Assembly (NCBI GenBank): GCA_964016885.1 | Contig: OZ024740.1 | Span: forward strand, 318,432,001-318,496,000 | Direction of reading: 5' to 3' | Source: Eledone cirrhosa | Taxonomy: Eukaryota | DNA: 64,000 bases | In this document: positions 1-14,000 of the stretch, one piece after another | How the letters are laid out: the number at the start of each line of letters is the position of its first letter | Numbering within the stretch: position 1 is the stretch's first letter | The notes under the pieces: model-generated | The model's input: the letters and a program-made list of their open reading frames with translations, nothing else | What the model was told of the DNA's origin: nothing | The model's database searches: none | Program-made: the position numbers and the translations under genes

Positions 1-460
1 AAACCAGGATTGTCTCGTCTATTTCCACAACATACATTCTATCTGACATTCTAACGACTCTACCAATTCGCTGTCTTTCTACTACAATACTCAACAAATA
101 ATCCAGCACTGTCTCGTCTATTTCCACAACTTACATTCTATCTGACATTCTAACGACTCTACCAATTCGAAGTCTTTCTACTACAATACTCACAACAAAT
201 AATCCAGGATTGTCTCGTCTATTTCCACAACTTACATTCTATCTGACATTCAAACGACTCTATCAATTCGAAGTCTTTCTACTACAATACTAACGTCATA
301 TAATCCAGGATTGTCTCGTCTATTTCCACAACTTACATTCTATCTGACATTCTAACGACTCTACCAATTCGAAGTTTTTCTACTCCAATACTCACAACAA
401 ATAATCAAGGATTGTATCTTCTATTTCCACAACGTACATTCTATCTGACATTTTAACGAC

Positions 461-897
461 TCTACCAATTCGAAGTCTTTCTACTACAATACTCACAACA
501 ATTAATCCAGGAATGTCTCGTCTATTTCCACACCTTACATTCTATGTAACATTCTAACGACTCGACCCATTCGCTGTATTTCTACTACAATACTAACTTC
601 AAATATTCCAGGATTGTCTCGTCTACTTCCACAACTTACATTGTATCTGATATTCTAACGACTCTACCAATTCGAAGTCTTTCTACTACAATACTCACAA
701 CAATTAATCCAGGAATGTCTCGTCTATTTCCACACCTTACATTCTATGTAACATTCTAACGACTCTACCCATTCGCTGTATTTCTACTACAATACTAACT
801 TCAAATATTCCAGGATTGTCTCGTCTACTTCCACAACTTACATTGTATCTGATATTCTAACGACTCTACCAATTCGAAGTCTTTCTACTACAATACT
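461..897. repeat. Local 2-monomer (202 bp) tandem duplication
   Basis: Private variant TATGTAAC at 543 and 745 (offset 202). AAATATTCCAGG is also duplicated at the same offset. Boundaries approximate. Confidence 0.85.
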
Positions 898-3800
898 AAC
901 GTCAAATAATCCAGGATTGTCTCCTCTATTTCCACAACTTACATTCTATCTCACATTCCAACGAGTCTACCAATTCGCTGTATTTCTAATACAATACTCA
1001 CAACAAATAAACCAGGATTGTCTCGTCTATTTCCACAACTTACATTCTACCTGACATCCTAACGACTCTACGAATTCGAAGTCTTTCTACTACAATACTC
1101 ACAACAAATAATCCAGGATTGTCTCGTCTATTTCCACAACTTACATTCTATCTGACATTCTAACGACTCTACCAATTCGAAGTCATTCTACTACAATACT
1201 CACAACAATTAATCCAGGAATGTCTCGTCTATTTCCACACCTTACATTCTATCTGACATTCTAACGACTCTACCCATTCGCTGTATTTCTACTACAATAC
1301 TAACTTCAAATAATCCAGGAATGTCTCGTCTACTTCCACAACTTACATTGTATCTGACATTCTAACGACTCTACCAATTCGAAGTCTTTCTACTACAATA
1401 CTAACTTTAAACAATCCAGGATTGTCTCCTCTATTTCCGCAACTTACATTTTATCTGACATTCTAACGACTCTACCAATTCGATTTCTTTCTACTACAAT
1501 ACTCACAACAAATAATCCAGGATTGTCTCGTCTATTTCCACAACTTACATTCTATCTGACATTCAAACGACTCTATCAATTCGAAGTCTTTCTACTACAA
1601 TACTAACGTCAAATAATCCAGGAATGTCTCGTCCATTTCCATAACTTACATTCTATCTGACATTCTAACGACTCTACCAATTCGAAGTCTATCTATTACA
1701 ATAATAACAACAAATAATCTAGGATTGTCTCGTCTATTTCCACAACTTACATTCTATCTGACATTCTAACGACTCTACCAATTCGAAGTTTTTCTACTAC
1801 AATACTCACAACAAATAATCCAAGATTGTCTCGTCTATTTCCACAACTTAAATTCTATCTGACATTCTAACGACTCTACCAATTCGAAGTCTATCTATTA
1901 CAGTACTAACAACAAATAATCCAGGATTCTATCGTCTATTTCCACAACTTACATTCTATCTGATATTCTAACGACTCTACCAATTCGCTGTATTTCTACT
2001 ACAATACTAACTTCAAATAATCCAGGATTGTCTCATCTATTTCCACAACTTACATTCTATCTGACATTCAAAGGACTCTATCAATTCGAAGTCTTTCTAC
2101 TACAATACTAACGTCAAATAATCCAGGATTGTCTCGTCTATTTCCACAACTTACATTCTATCTGACATTCTAACGACTCTACCATTTCGAAGTTTTTCTA
2201 CTACAATACTCACAACAAATAATCAAGGATTGTATCGTCTATTTCCACAACTTTCATTCTATCTGATATTCGAACGACTCTACCAATTCGAAGTCTTTCT
2301 ACTACAATACTCACAACAAATAATCCAGGATTGTCTCGTCTATTTCCACAACTTACATTCTATCTCAGTTTCTAACGAGTCTACCAATTCGCTGTATTTA
2401 TACTACAATACACACAACAAATAAACCAGGATTGTCTCGTCTATTTCCACAACTTACATTCTATCTGACATTCTAACGACTCTACCCATTCGCTGTATTT
2501 CTACTACAATACTAACTTTAAACAATCCAGGATTGTCTCCTCTATTTCCACAACTTACATTCTATCTGACATTCTAACGACTCTACCAATTCGATGTCTC
2601 TCTACTACAATACTCACAACAAATAATCCAGGATTGTCTCCCCTTTTTCCACAACTTACATTCTATCTGACATTCAAACGACTCTATCAATTCGAAGTCT
2701 TTCTACTACAATACTAACGTCAAATAATCCAGGATTGTCTCGTCCATTTCCACAACTTACATTCTATCTGACATTCTAACGACTCTACCAATTCGAAGTC
2801 TATCTATTACAGTACTAACAACAAATAATCCATGATTCTATCGTCTATTTCCACAACTTACATTCTATCTGACATTCTAACGACTCTACGAATTCGAAGT
2901 CTTTCTACTACAATACTCACAACAAATAATCCAGGATTGTCTCGTCTATTTCCACAAATTACATTCTATCTGACATTCTAACGACTCTACCAATTCGAAG
3001 TTTTTCTACTACAATACTCACAACAAATAATCAAGGATTGTATCGTCTATTTCCACAACGTACATTCTATCTGACATTCTAACGACTCTACCAATTCGAA
3101 GTCTTTCTACTACAATACTCACAACAATTAATCCAGGAATGTCTCGTCTATTTCCACAACTTACATTCTATCTGACATTCTAACGACTCCACCCATTCGC
3201 TGTATTTCTACTACAATACTAACTTCAAATAATCCAGGATTGTCTCGTCTACTTCCACAACTTACATTGTATCTGATATTCTAACGATTCTACCAATTCG
3301 AAGTCTTTCTACTACAATACTAACTTTAAACAATCCAGGATTGTCTCCTCTATTTCCACAACTTACATTCTATCTGACATTCTAACGACTCTACCAATTC
3401 GATTTCTTTCTACTACAATACTCACAACAAATAATCCAGGATTGTCTCGTCTATTTCCACACCTTACATTCTATCTGACATTCAAACGACTCTATCAATT
3501 CGAAGTCTTTCTACTACAATACTAACGTCAAATAATCCAGGATTGTCTCGTCCATTTCCATAACTTACATTCTATCTGACATTCTAACGACTCTACCAAT
3601 TCGAAGTCTATCTATTACAATACTAACAACAAATAATCTAGGATTGTCTCGTCTATTTCCACAACTTACATTCTATCTGACATTCTAACGACTCTACCAA
3701 TTCGAAGTTTTTCTACTACAATACTCACAACAAATAATCCAGGATTGTCTCGTCTATTTCCACAACTTACATTCTATCTGACATTCTAACGACTCTACCA

Positions 3801-5209
3801 ATTCGAAGTCTATCTATTACAGTACTAACAACAAATAATCCAGGATTCTATCGTCTATTTCCACAACTTACATTCTATCTGATATTCTAACGACTCTACC
3901 AATTCGAAGTCTTTCTACTACAATACTAACTTCAAATAATCCAGGATTGTCTCATCTATTTCCACAACTTACATTCTATCTGACATTCAAAGGACTCTAT
4001 CAATTCGAAGTCTTTCTACTACAATACTAACGTCAAATAATCCAGGATTGTCTCGTCTACTTCCACACCTTACATTCTATCTGACATTCTAACGACTCCA
4101 CCCATTCGCTGTATTTCTACTACAATACTAACTTCAAATAATCCAGGATTGTCTCGTCTACTTCCACAACTTACATTGTATCTGATATTCTAACGATTCT
4201 ACCAATTCGAAGTCTTTCTACTACAATACTAACTTTAAACAATCCAGGATTGTCTCCTCTATTTCCACAACTTACATTCTATCTGACATTCTATCGACTC
4301 TACCAATTCGATTTCTTTCTACTACAATACTCACAACAAATAATCCAGGATTGTCTCGTCTATTTCCACACCTTACATTCTATCTGACATTCAAACGACT
4401 CTACCAATTCGAAGTCTTTCTACTACAATACTCACAACAATTAATCCAGGAATGTCTCGTCTATTTCCACAACTTACATTCTATCTGACATTCTAACGAC
4501 TCTACCAATTCGAAGTTTTTCTACTACAATACTCACAACAAATAATCAAGGATTGTATCGTCTATTTCCACAACGTACATTCTATCTGACATTGTAACGA
4601 CTCTACCAATTCGAAGTCTTTCTACTACAATACTCACAACAAATAATCCAGGATTGCCTCGTCTATTTCCACACCTTACATTCTATCTGACATTCTAACG
4701 ACTCTACCAATTCGCTGTATTTCTACTACGATACTAACTTCAAATAATCCAGGATTGTCTCGTCTATTTCCACAACTTACATTATATCTGATATTCTAAC
4801 GACTCTACCAATTTGAAGTCTTTCTACTACAATACTAACAACAAATAATCCAGGATTTCTCGTCTATTTCCAAAACTTTCATTCTATCTGATATTCGAAC
4901 GACTCTACCAATTCGAAGTCTTTCTACTACAATACTAACTTTAAACAATCCAGGATTGTCTCCTCTATTTCCACAACTTACATTCTATCTGACATTCTAA
5001 CGACTCTACCAATTCGATGTCTCTCTACTACAATACTCACAACAAATAATCCAGGATTGTCTCGTCTTTTTCCACAACTTACATTCTATCTGACATTCAA
5101 ACGACTCTATCAATTCGAAGTCTTTCTACTACAATACTAACGTCAAATAATCCAGGATTGTCTCATCCATTTCCACAACTTACATCCTATCTGACATTCT
5201 AACGACTCT

Positions 5210-7843
5210 ACCAATTCGAAGTCTATCTATTACAGTACTAACAACAAATAATCCAGGATTCTATCGTCTATTTCCACAACTTACATTCTATCTGATATTC
5301 TAACGACTCTACCAATTCGCTGTATTTCTACTACAATACTAACTTCATATAATCCAGGATTGTCTCATCTATTTCCACAACTTACATTCTATCTGATATT
5401 CGAACGACTCTACCAATGCGAAGTCTTTGTACTACAATAGTCACAACAAATAATGCAGGATTGTCTCGTCTATTTCCACAACTTACATTCTACCTGACAT
5501 TCTAACGACTCTACGAATTCGAAGTCTTTCTACTACAATACTCACAACAAATAATCCAGGATTGTCTCGTCTATTGCCACAACTTACATTCTACCTGACA
5601 TTCTAACGACTCTACCAATTCGAAGTCTTTCTACTACAATACTCACAACAAATAATCCAGGATTGTCTCGTCTATTTCCACAACTTACATTCTATCTGAC
5701 ATTCTAACGACTCTACCAATTCGAAGTCTTTCTATTACAATACTCACAACAAATAATCCAGGATTGTCTCGTCTATTCCCACAACTTACATTCTATGTGA
5801 CATTCTAACGACTCTACCAATTCGAAGTTTTTCTACTACAATACTCACAACAAATAATCCAGGATTGTCTCGTCTATTCCCACAACTTACATTATATCTG
5901 ACATTCTAATGACTCTACCAATTCGAAGTCTTTCTACTACAATACTAACAACAAATAATCTAAGATTGTCTCGTCTATTTCCACAACTTACATTCTACCT
6001 GACATTCTAACGACTCTACCAATTCGAAGTATTTCTACTACAATACTCACAACAAATAATCCAGGATTGCCTCGTCTATTTCCACACCTTACATTCTATC
6101 TGACATTCTAACGACTCTACCAATTCGCTGTATTTCTACTACAATACTAACTTCAAATAATCCAGGATTGTCTCCTCTATTTCCACAACTTACATTCTAT
6201 CTGACATTCTAACGACTCTACCAATTCGAAGTCTTTCTACTACAATACTCACAACAAATAATCCAGGATTGTCTCCCCTTTTTCCACAACTTACATTCTA
6301 TCTGACATTCAAACGACTCTATCAATTCGAAGTCTTTCTACTACAATACTAACGTCAAATAATCCAGGATTGTCTCGTCCATTTCCACAACTTACATTCT
6401 ATCTGACATTCTAACGACTCTACCAATTCGCTGTATTTCTACTACGATACTAACTTCAAATAATCCAGGATTGTCTCGTCTATTTCCACAACTTACATTC
6501 TATCTGATATTCTAACGACTCTACCAATTTGAAGTCTTTCTACTACAATACTAACGTCAAATAATCCAGGATTTCTCGTCTATTTCCAAAACTTTCATTC
6601 TATCTGATATTCGAACGACTCTACCAATTCGAAGTCTATCTATTACAGTACTAACAACAAATAATCCAGGATTCTATCGTCTATTTCCACAACTTACATT
6701 CTATCTGATATTCTAACGACTCTACCAATTCGCTGTATTTCTACTACAATACTAACTTCATATAATCCAGGATTGTCTCATCTATTTCCACAACTTACAT
6801 TCTATCTGATATTCGAACGACTCTACCAATGCGAAGTCTTTGTACTACAATACTCACAACAAATAATGCAGGATTGTCTCGTCTATTTCCACAACTTACA
6901 TTCTACCTGACATTCTAACGACTCTACGAATTCGAAGTCTTTCTACTACAATACTCACAACAAATAATCCAGGATTGTCTCGTCTATTGCCACAACTTAC
7001 ATTCTACCTGACATTCTAACGACTCTACCAATTCGAAGTCTTTCTACTACAATACTCACAACAAATAATCCAGGATTGTCTCGTCTATTTCCACAACTTA
7101 CATTCTATCTGACATTCTAACGACTCTACCAATTCGAAGTCTTTCTATTACAATACTCACAACAAATAATCCAGGATTGTCTCGTCTATTCCCACAACTT
7201 ACATTCTATGTGACATTCTAACGACTCTACCAATTCGAAGTTTTTCTACTACAATACTCACAACAAATAATCCAGGATTGTCTCGTCTATTCCCACAACT
7301 TACATTATATCTGACATTCTAATGACTCTACCAATTCGAAGTCTTTCTACTACAATACTAACAACAAATAATCTAAGATTGTCTCGTCTATTTCCACAAC
7401 TTACATTCTACCTGACATTCTAACGACTCTACCAATTCGAAGTATTTCTACTACAATACTCACAACAAATAATCCAGGATTGCCTCGTCTATTTCCACAC
7501 CTTACATTCTATCTGACATTCTAACGACTCTACCAATTCGCTGTATTTCTACTACAATACTAACTTCAAACAATCCAGGATTGTCTCCTCTATTTCCACA
7601 ACTTACATTCTATCTGACATTCTAACGACTCTACCAATTCGAAGTCTTTCTACTACAATACTCACAACAAATAATCCAGGATTGTCTCCCCTTTTTCCAC
7701 AACTTACATTCTATCTGACATTCAAACGACTCTATCAATTCGAAGTCTTTCTACTACAATACTAACGTCAAATAATCCAGGATTGTCTCGTCCATTTCCA
7801 CAACTTACATTCTATCTGACATTCTAACGACTCTACCAATTCG
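5210..7843. repeat. Higher-order duplication, period 1413 bp (14 monomers, one of 100 bp)
   Basis: AACTTCATAT at 5341 and 6754; CAATGCGAAG (GCG at 5418 and 6831). TATTGCCAC and TCTAAGATT recur at the same offset. Boundaries approximate. Confidence 0.85.
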
Positions 7844-10800
7844 AAGTCTATCTATTACAGTACTAACAACAAATAATCCATGATTCTATCGTCTATTTCC
7901 ACAACTTACATTCTATCTGATATTCTAACGACTCTACCAATTCGCTGTATTTCTACTACAATACTAACTTCAAATAATCCAGGATTGTCTCATCTATTTC
8001 CACAACTTACATTCTATCTGATATTCGAACGACTCTACCAATTCGAAGTCTTTGTACTACAATACTAACAACAAATAATGCAGGATTGTCTCGTCTATTT
8101 CCACAACTTACATTCTATCTGACATTCTAACGACTCTACCAATTCGAAGTCTTTCTATTACAATACTCACAACAAATAATCCAGGATTGTCTCGTCTATT
8201 TCCACAACTTACATTCTACCTGACATTCTAACGACTCTACGAATTCGAAGTCTTTCTACTACAATACTCACAACAAATAATCCAGGATTGTCTCGTCTAT
8301 TTCCACAACTTACATTCTATCTGACATTCTAACGACTCAACCAATTCGAAGTTTTTCTACTACAATACTCACAACAAATAATCAAGGATTGTATCGTCTA
8401 TTTCCACAACGTACATTCTATCTGACATTCTAACGACTCTACCAATTCGAAGTCATTCTACTACAATACTCACAACAATTAATCCAGGAATGTCTCGTCT
8501 ATTTCCACACCTTACATTCTATCTGACATTCTAACGACTCTACCCATTCGCTGTATTTCTACTACAATACTAACTTCAAATAATCCGGGATTGTCTCGTC
8601 TACTTCCACAACTTACATTGTATCTGACATTCTAACGACTCTACCAATTCGAACTCTTTCTACTACAATACTAACTTTAAACAATCCAGGATTGTCTCCT
8701 CTATTTCCACAACTTACATTCTATCTGACATTCTAACGACTCTACCAATTCGATTTCTTTCTACTACAATACTCACAACAAATAATCCAGGATTGTCTCG
8801 TCTATTTCCACAACTTACATTCTATCTGACATTCAAACGACTCTATCAATTCGAAGTCTTTCTACTACAATACTAACGTCAAATAATCCAGGACTGTCTC
8901 GTCCATTTCCATAACTTACATTCTATCTGACATTCTAACGACTCTACCAATTCGAAGTCTATCTATTACAATAATAACAACAAATAATCTAGACTTGTCT
9001 CGTCTATTTCCACAACTTACATTCTATCTGACATTCTAACGACTCTACCAATTCGAAGTTTTTCTACTACAATACTCACAACAAATAATCCAGGATTGTC
9101 TCGTCCATTTCCACAACTTACATTCTATCTGACATTCTAACGACTCTACCAATTCGAAGTCTTTCTATTACAGTACTAACAACAAATAATCCATGATTCT
9201 ATCGTCTATTTCCACAACTTACATTCTATCTGATATTCTAACGACTCTACCAATTCGCTGTATTTCTACTACAATACTAACTTCAAATAATCCAGGATTG
9301 TCTCATCTATTTCCACAACTTACATTCTATCTGATATTCGAACGACTCTACCAATTCGAAGTCTTTGTACTACAATACTAACAACAAATAATGCAGGATT
9401 GTCTCGTCTATTTCCACAACTTACATTCTATCTGACATTCTAACGACTCTACCAATTCGAAGTCTTTCTATTACAATACTCACAACAAATAATCCAGGAT
9501 TGTCTCGTCTATTTCCACAACTTACATTCTACCTGACATTCTAACGACTCTACGAATTCGAAGTCTTTCTACTACAATACTCACAACAAATAATCCAGGA
9601 GTGTCTCGTCTATTTCCACAACTTACATTCTATCTGACATTCTAACGACTCAACCAATTCGAAGTTTTTCTACTACAATACTCACAACAAATAATCAAGG
9701 ATTGTATCGTCTATTTCCACAACGTACATTCTATCTGACATTCTAACGACTCTACCAATTCGAAGTCATTCTACTACAATACTCACAACAATTAATCCAG
9801 GAATGTCTCGTCTATTTCCACACCTTACATTCTATCTGACATTCTAACGACTCTACCCATTCGCTGTATTTCTACTACAATACTAACTTCAAATAATCCG
9901 GGATTGTCTCGTCTACTTCCACAACTTACATTGTATCTGACATTCTAACGACTCTACCAATTCGAAGTCTTTCTACTACAATACTAACTTTAAACAATCC
10001 AGGATTGTCTCCTCTATTTCCACAACTTACATTCTATCTGACATTCAAACGACTCTATCAATTCGAAGTCTTTCTACTACAATACTAACGTCAAATAATC
10101 CAGGATTGTCTCGTCTATTTCCACAACTTAAATTCTATCTGACATTCTAACGACTCTACCAATTCGATTTCTTTCTACTACAATACTCACAACAAATAAT
10201 CCAGGATTGTCTCGTCTATTTCCACAACTTACATTGTATCTGACATTCAAACGACTCTATCAATTCGAAGTCTTTCTACTACAATACTAACGTCAAATAA
10301 TCCAGGACTGTCTCGTCCATTTCCATAACTTACATTCTATCTGACATTCTAACGACTCTACCAATTCGAAGTCTATCTATTACAATAATAACAACAAATA
10401 ATCTAGACTTGTCTCGTCTATTTCCACAACTTACATTCTATCTGACATTCTAACGACTCTACCAATTCGAAGTTTTTCTACTACAATACTCACAACAAAT
10501 AATCCAGGATTGTCTCGTCCATTTCCACAACTTACATTCTATCTGACATTCTAACGACTCTACCAATTCGAAGTCTATCTATTACAGTACTAACAACAAA
10601 TAATCCATGATTCTATCGTCTATTTCCACAACTTACATTCTATCTGATATTCTAACGACTCTACCAACTCGCTGTATTTCTACTACAATACTAACTTCAA
10701 ATAATCCATGATTGTCTCATCTATTTCCACAACTTACATTCTATCTGATATTCGAACGACTCTACTAATTCGAAGTCTTTGTACTACAATACTAACAACA

Positions 10801-11080
10801 AATAATGCAGGATTGTCTCGTCTATTTCCACAACTTACATTCTATCTGACATTCTAACGACTCTACCAATTCGAAGTCTTTCTATTACAATACTCACAAC
10901 AAATAATCCAGGATTGTCTCGTCTATTTCCACAACTTACATTCTACCTGACATTCTAACGACTCTACGAATTCGAAGTCTTTCTACTACAATACTCACAA
11001 CAAATAATCCAGGATTGTCTCGTCTATTTCCACAACTTACATTCTATCTGACATTCTAACGACTCTACCAATTCGAAGTA
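7780..11080. repeat. Higher-order duplication, period 1313 bp (13 monomers), then a partial copy at 1414 bp
   Basis: CCATGATTCTA marker with ATG at 7880, 9193 and 10607. CCGGGA at 8585 and 9898. GACTCAACC and TCTAGACTT are shared between copies. Confidence 0.85.
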
Positions 11081-14000
11081 TTTCTACTACAATACTAACG
11101 TCAAATAATCCAGGATTGTCACGTCTATTTCCACACCTTACATTCTATCTGACATTCTAACGACTCTACCAATTCGAAGTATTTCTACTACAATACTAAC
11201 AACAAATAATCTAGGATTGTCTCGTCTATTTCCACAACTTACATTCTATCTGACATTCTAACGACTCTACCAATTCGAAGTATTTCTACTACAATACTAA
11301 CAACAAATAATCTAGGATTGTCTCGTCTATTTACACAACTTACATTCTATCTGACATTCTAACGACTCTACCAATTCGAAGTTTTTCTACTACAATACTC
11401 ACAACAAATATTCAAGGATTGTATCGTCTATTTCCACAACTTACATTCTATCTGACATTCTAACGACTCTACCCATTCGCTGTTTTTCTACTACAATACT
11501 AACTTCAAATAATCCAGGATTGTCTCATCTATTTCCGCAACTTACATTCTATATGATATTCGAACGTCTCTACCAATTCGACTTCTTTGTACTACAATAC
11601 TAACAACAAATAATGCAGGACTGTCTCGTCTATTTCCACAACTTACATTCTATCTGACATTCTAACGACTCTACCAATTCGAAGTTTTTCTACTACAATA
11701 CTCACAACAAATAATCAAGGATTGTATCGTCTATTTCCACAATGTATATTCTATCTGACATTCTAACGACTCTACCAATTCGAAGTCTTTCTACTACAAT
11801 ACTCACAACAATTAATCCAGGAATGCCTCGTCTATTTCCACACCTTACATTCTATCTGACATTCTAACGACTCTACCCATTCGCTGTATTTCTACTACAA
11901 TACTGACTTCAAATAATCCAGGATTGTCTCGTCTACCTCCACAACTTACATTGTATCTGATATTCTAACGACTCTACCAATTCGAAGTCTTTCTACTACA
12001 ATACTAACTTTAAACAATCCAGGATTGTCTCCTCTATTTCCACAACTTACATTCTATCTGACATTCTAACGACTCTACCAATTCGATGTCTTTCTACTAC
12101 AATACTCACAACAAATAATCCAGGATTGTCTCGTCTATTTCCACAACTTACATTCTATCTGACATTCAAACGACTCTATCAATTCGAAGTCTTTCTACTA
12201 CAATACTAACGTCAAATAATCCAGGATTGTCTCGTCCATTTCCATAACTTACATTCTATCTGACATTCTAACGACTCTACCAATTCGAAGTCTATCTATT
12301 ACAATACTAACAACAAATAATCTGGGATTGTCTCGTCTATTTCCACAACTTACATTCTATCTGACATTCTAACGACTCTACCAATTCGAAGTCTAACTAT
12401 TACAGTACTAACAACAAATAATCCAGGATTCTCTCGTCTATTTCCACAACTTACATTCTATCTGATATTCTAACGACTCTACCAATTCGCTGTATTTCTA
12501 CTACAATACTAACTTCAAATAATTAAGGATTGTCTCATCTATTTCCACAACTTACATTCTATCTGACATTCAAAGGACTCTATCAATTCGAAGTCTTTCT
12601 ACTACAATACTAACGTCAAATAATCCAGGATTGTCTCGTCTATTTCCACAACTTACATTCTATCCGACATTCTAACGACTCTACCAATTCGAAGTCTTTC
12701 TACTACAATACTAACTTCAAATAATCCAGGATTGTCTCATCTATTTCTGCAACTTCCATTCTATCTGATATTCGAACGACTCTACCAATTCGAATTCTTT
12801 GTACTACAATACTAACAACAAATAATGCAGGATTGACTCGTCTATTTCCACAACTTACATTCTATCTGACATTCTAACGACTCTACCAATTCGAAGTCTT
12901 TCTATTACAATACTCACAACAAATAATCCAGGATTGACTCGTCTATTTCCACAACCTACATTCTATCTGACATTCTAACGACTCTACCAATTCGATGTCT
13001 CTCTACTACAATACTCACAACAAATAATCCAGGATTGTCTCCCCTTTTTCCACAACTTACATTCTATCTGACATTCAAACGACTCTATCAATTCGAAGTC
13101 TTTCTACTACAATACTAACGTCAAATAATCCAGGATTGTCTCGTCCATTTCCACAACTTACATTCTATCTGACATTCTAACGACTCTACCAATTCGAAGT
13201 CTATCTATTACAGTACTAACAACAAATAATCCATGATTCTATCGTCTATTTCCACAACTTACATTCTATCTGATATTCTAACGACTCTACCAATTCGCTG
13301 TATTTCTACTACAATACTAACTTCAAATAATCCAGGATTGTCTCATCTATTTCCACAACTTACATTCTATCTGATATTCGAACGACTCCACCAATTCGAA
13401 GTCTTTGTACTACAATACTAACAACAAATGATGCAGGATTGTCTCGTCTATTTCCACAACTTACATTCTATCTGACATTCTAACGACTCTACCAATTCGA
13501 AGTCTTTCTATTACGATACTCACAACAAATAATCCAGGATTGTCTCGTCTATTTCCACAACTTACATTCTACCTGACATTCTAACGACTCTACGAATTCG
13601 AAGTCTTTCTACTACAATACTCACAACAAATAATCCAGGATTGCCTCGTCTATTTCCACAAATTACATTCTATCTGACATTATAACGACTCTACCAATTC
13701 GAAGTTTTTCTACTACAATACTCACAACAAATAATCAAGGATTGTATCGTCTATTTCCACAACGTACATTCTATCTGACATTCTAACGACTCTACCAATT
13801 CGAAGACTTTCTACTACAATACTCACAACAATTAATCCAGGAATGTCTCGTCTATTTCCACACCTTACATTCTATCTGACATTCTAACGACTCCACCCAT
13901 TCGCTGTATTTCTACTACAATACTAACTTCAAATAATCCAGGATTGTCTCCTCTTTTTCCACAACTTACATTCTATCTGACATTCTAACGACTCTACCAA

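Noticed and set aside
201-301. Tandem 5S rRNA, tRNA, snRNA or spliced-leader gene array
   Set aside because: There is no recognisable Pol III A/B/C box or known RNA sequence. The G-poor composition allows little base pairing; the only dyads are short (TTCGAA, AATT, TCCAGGA).
566-590. CENP-B box-like TTCG-N4-A in the ATTCGCTGTATT variant
   Set aside because: It lacks the essential CGGG half of the NTTCGNNNNANNCGGGN motif.
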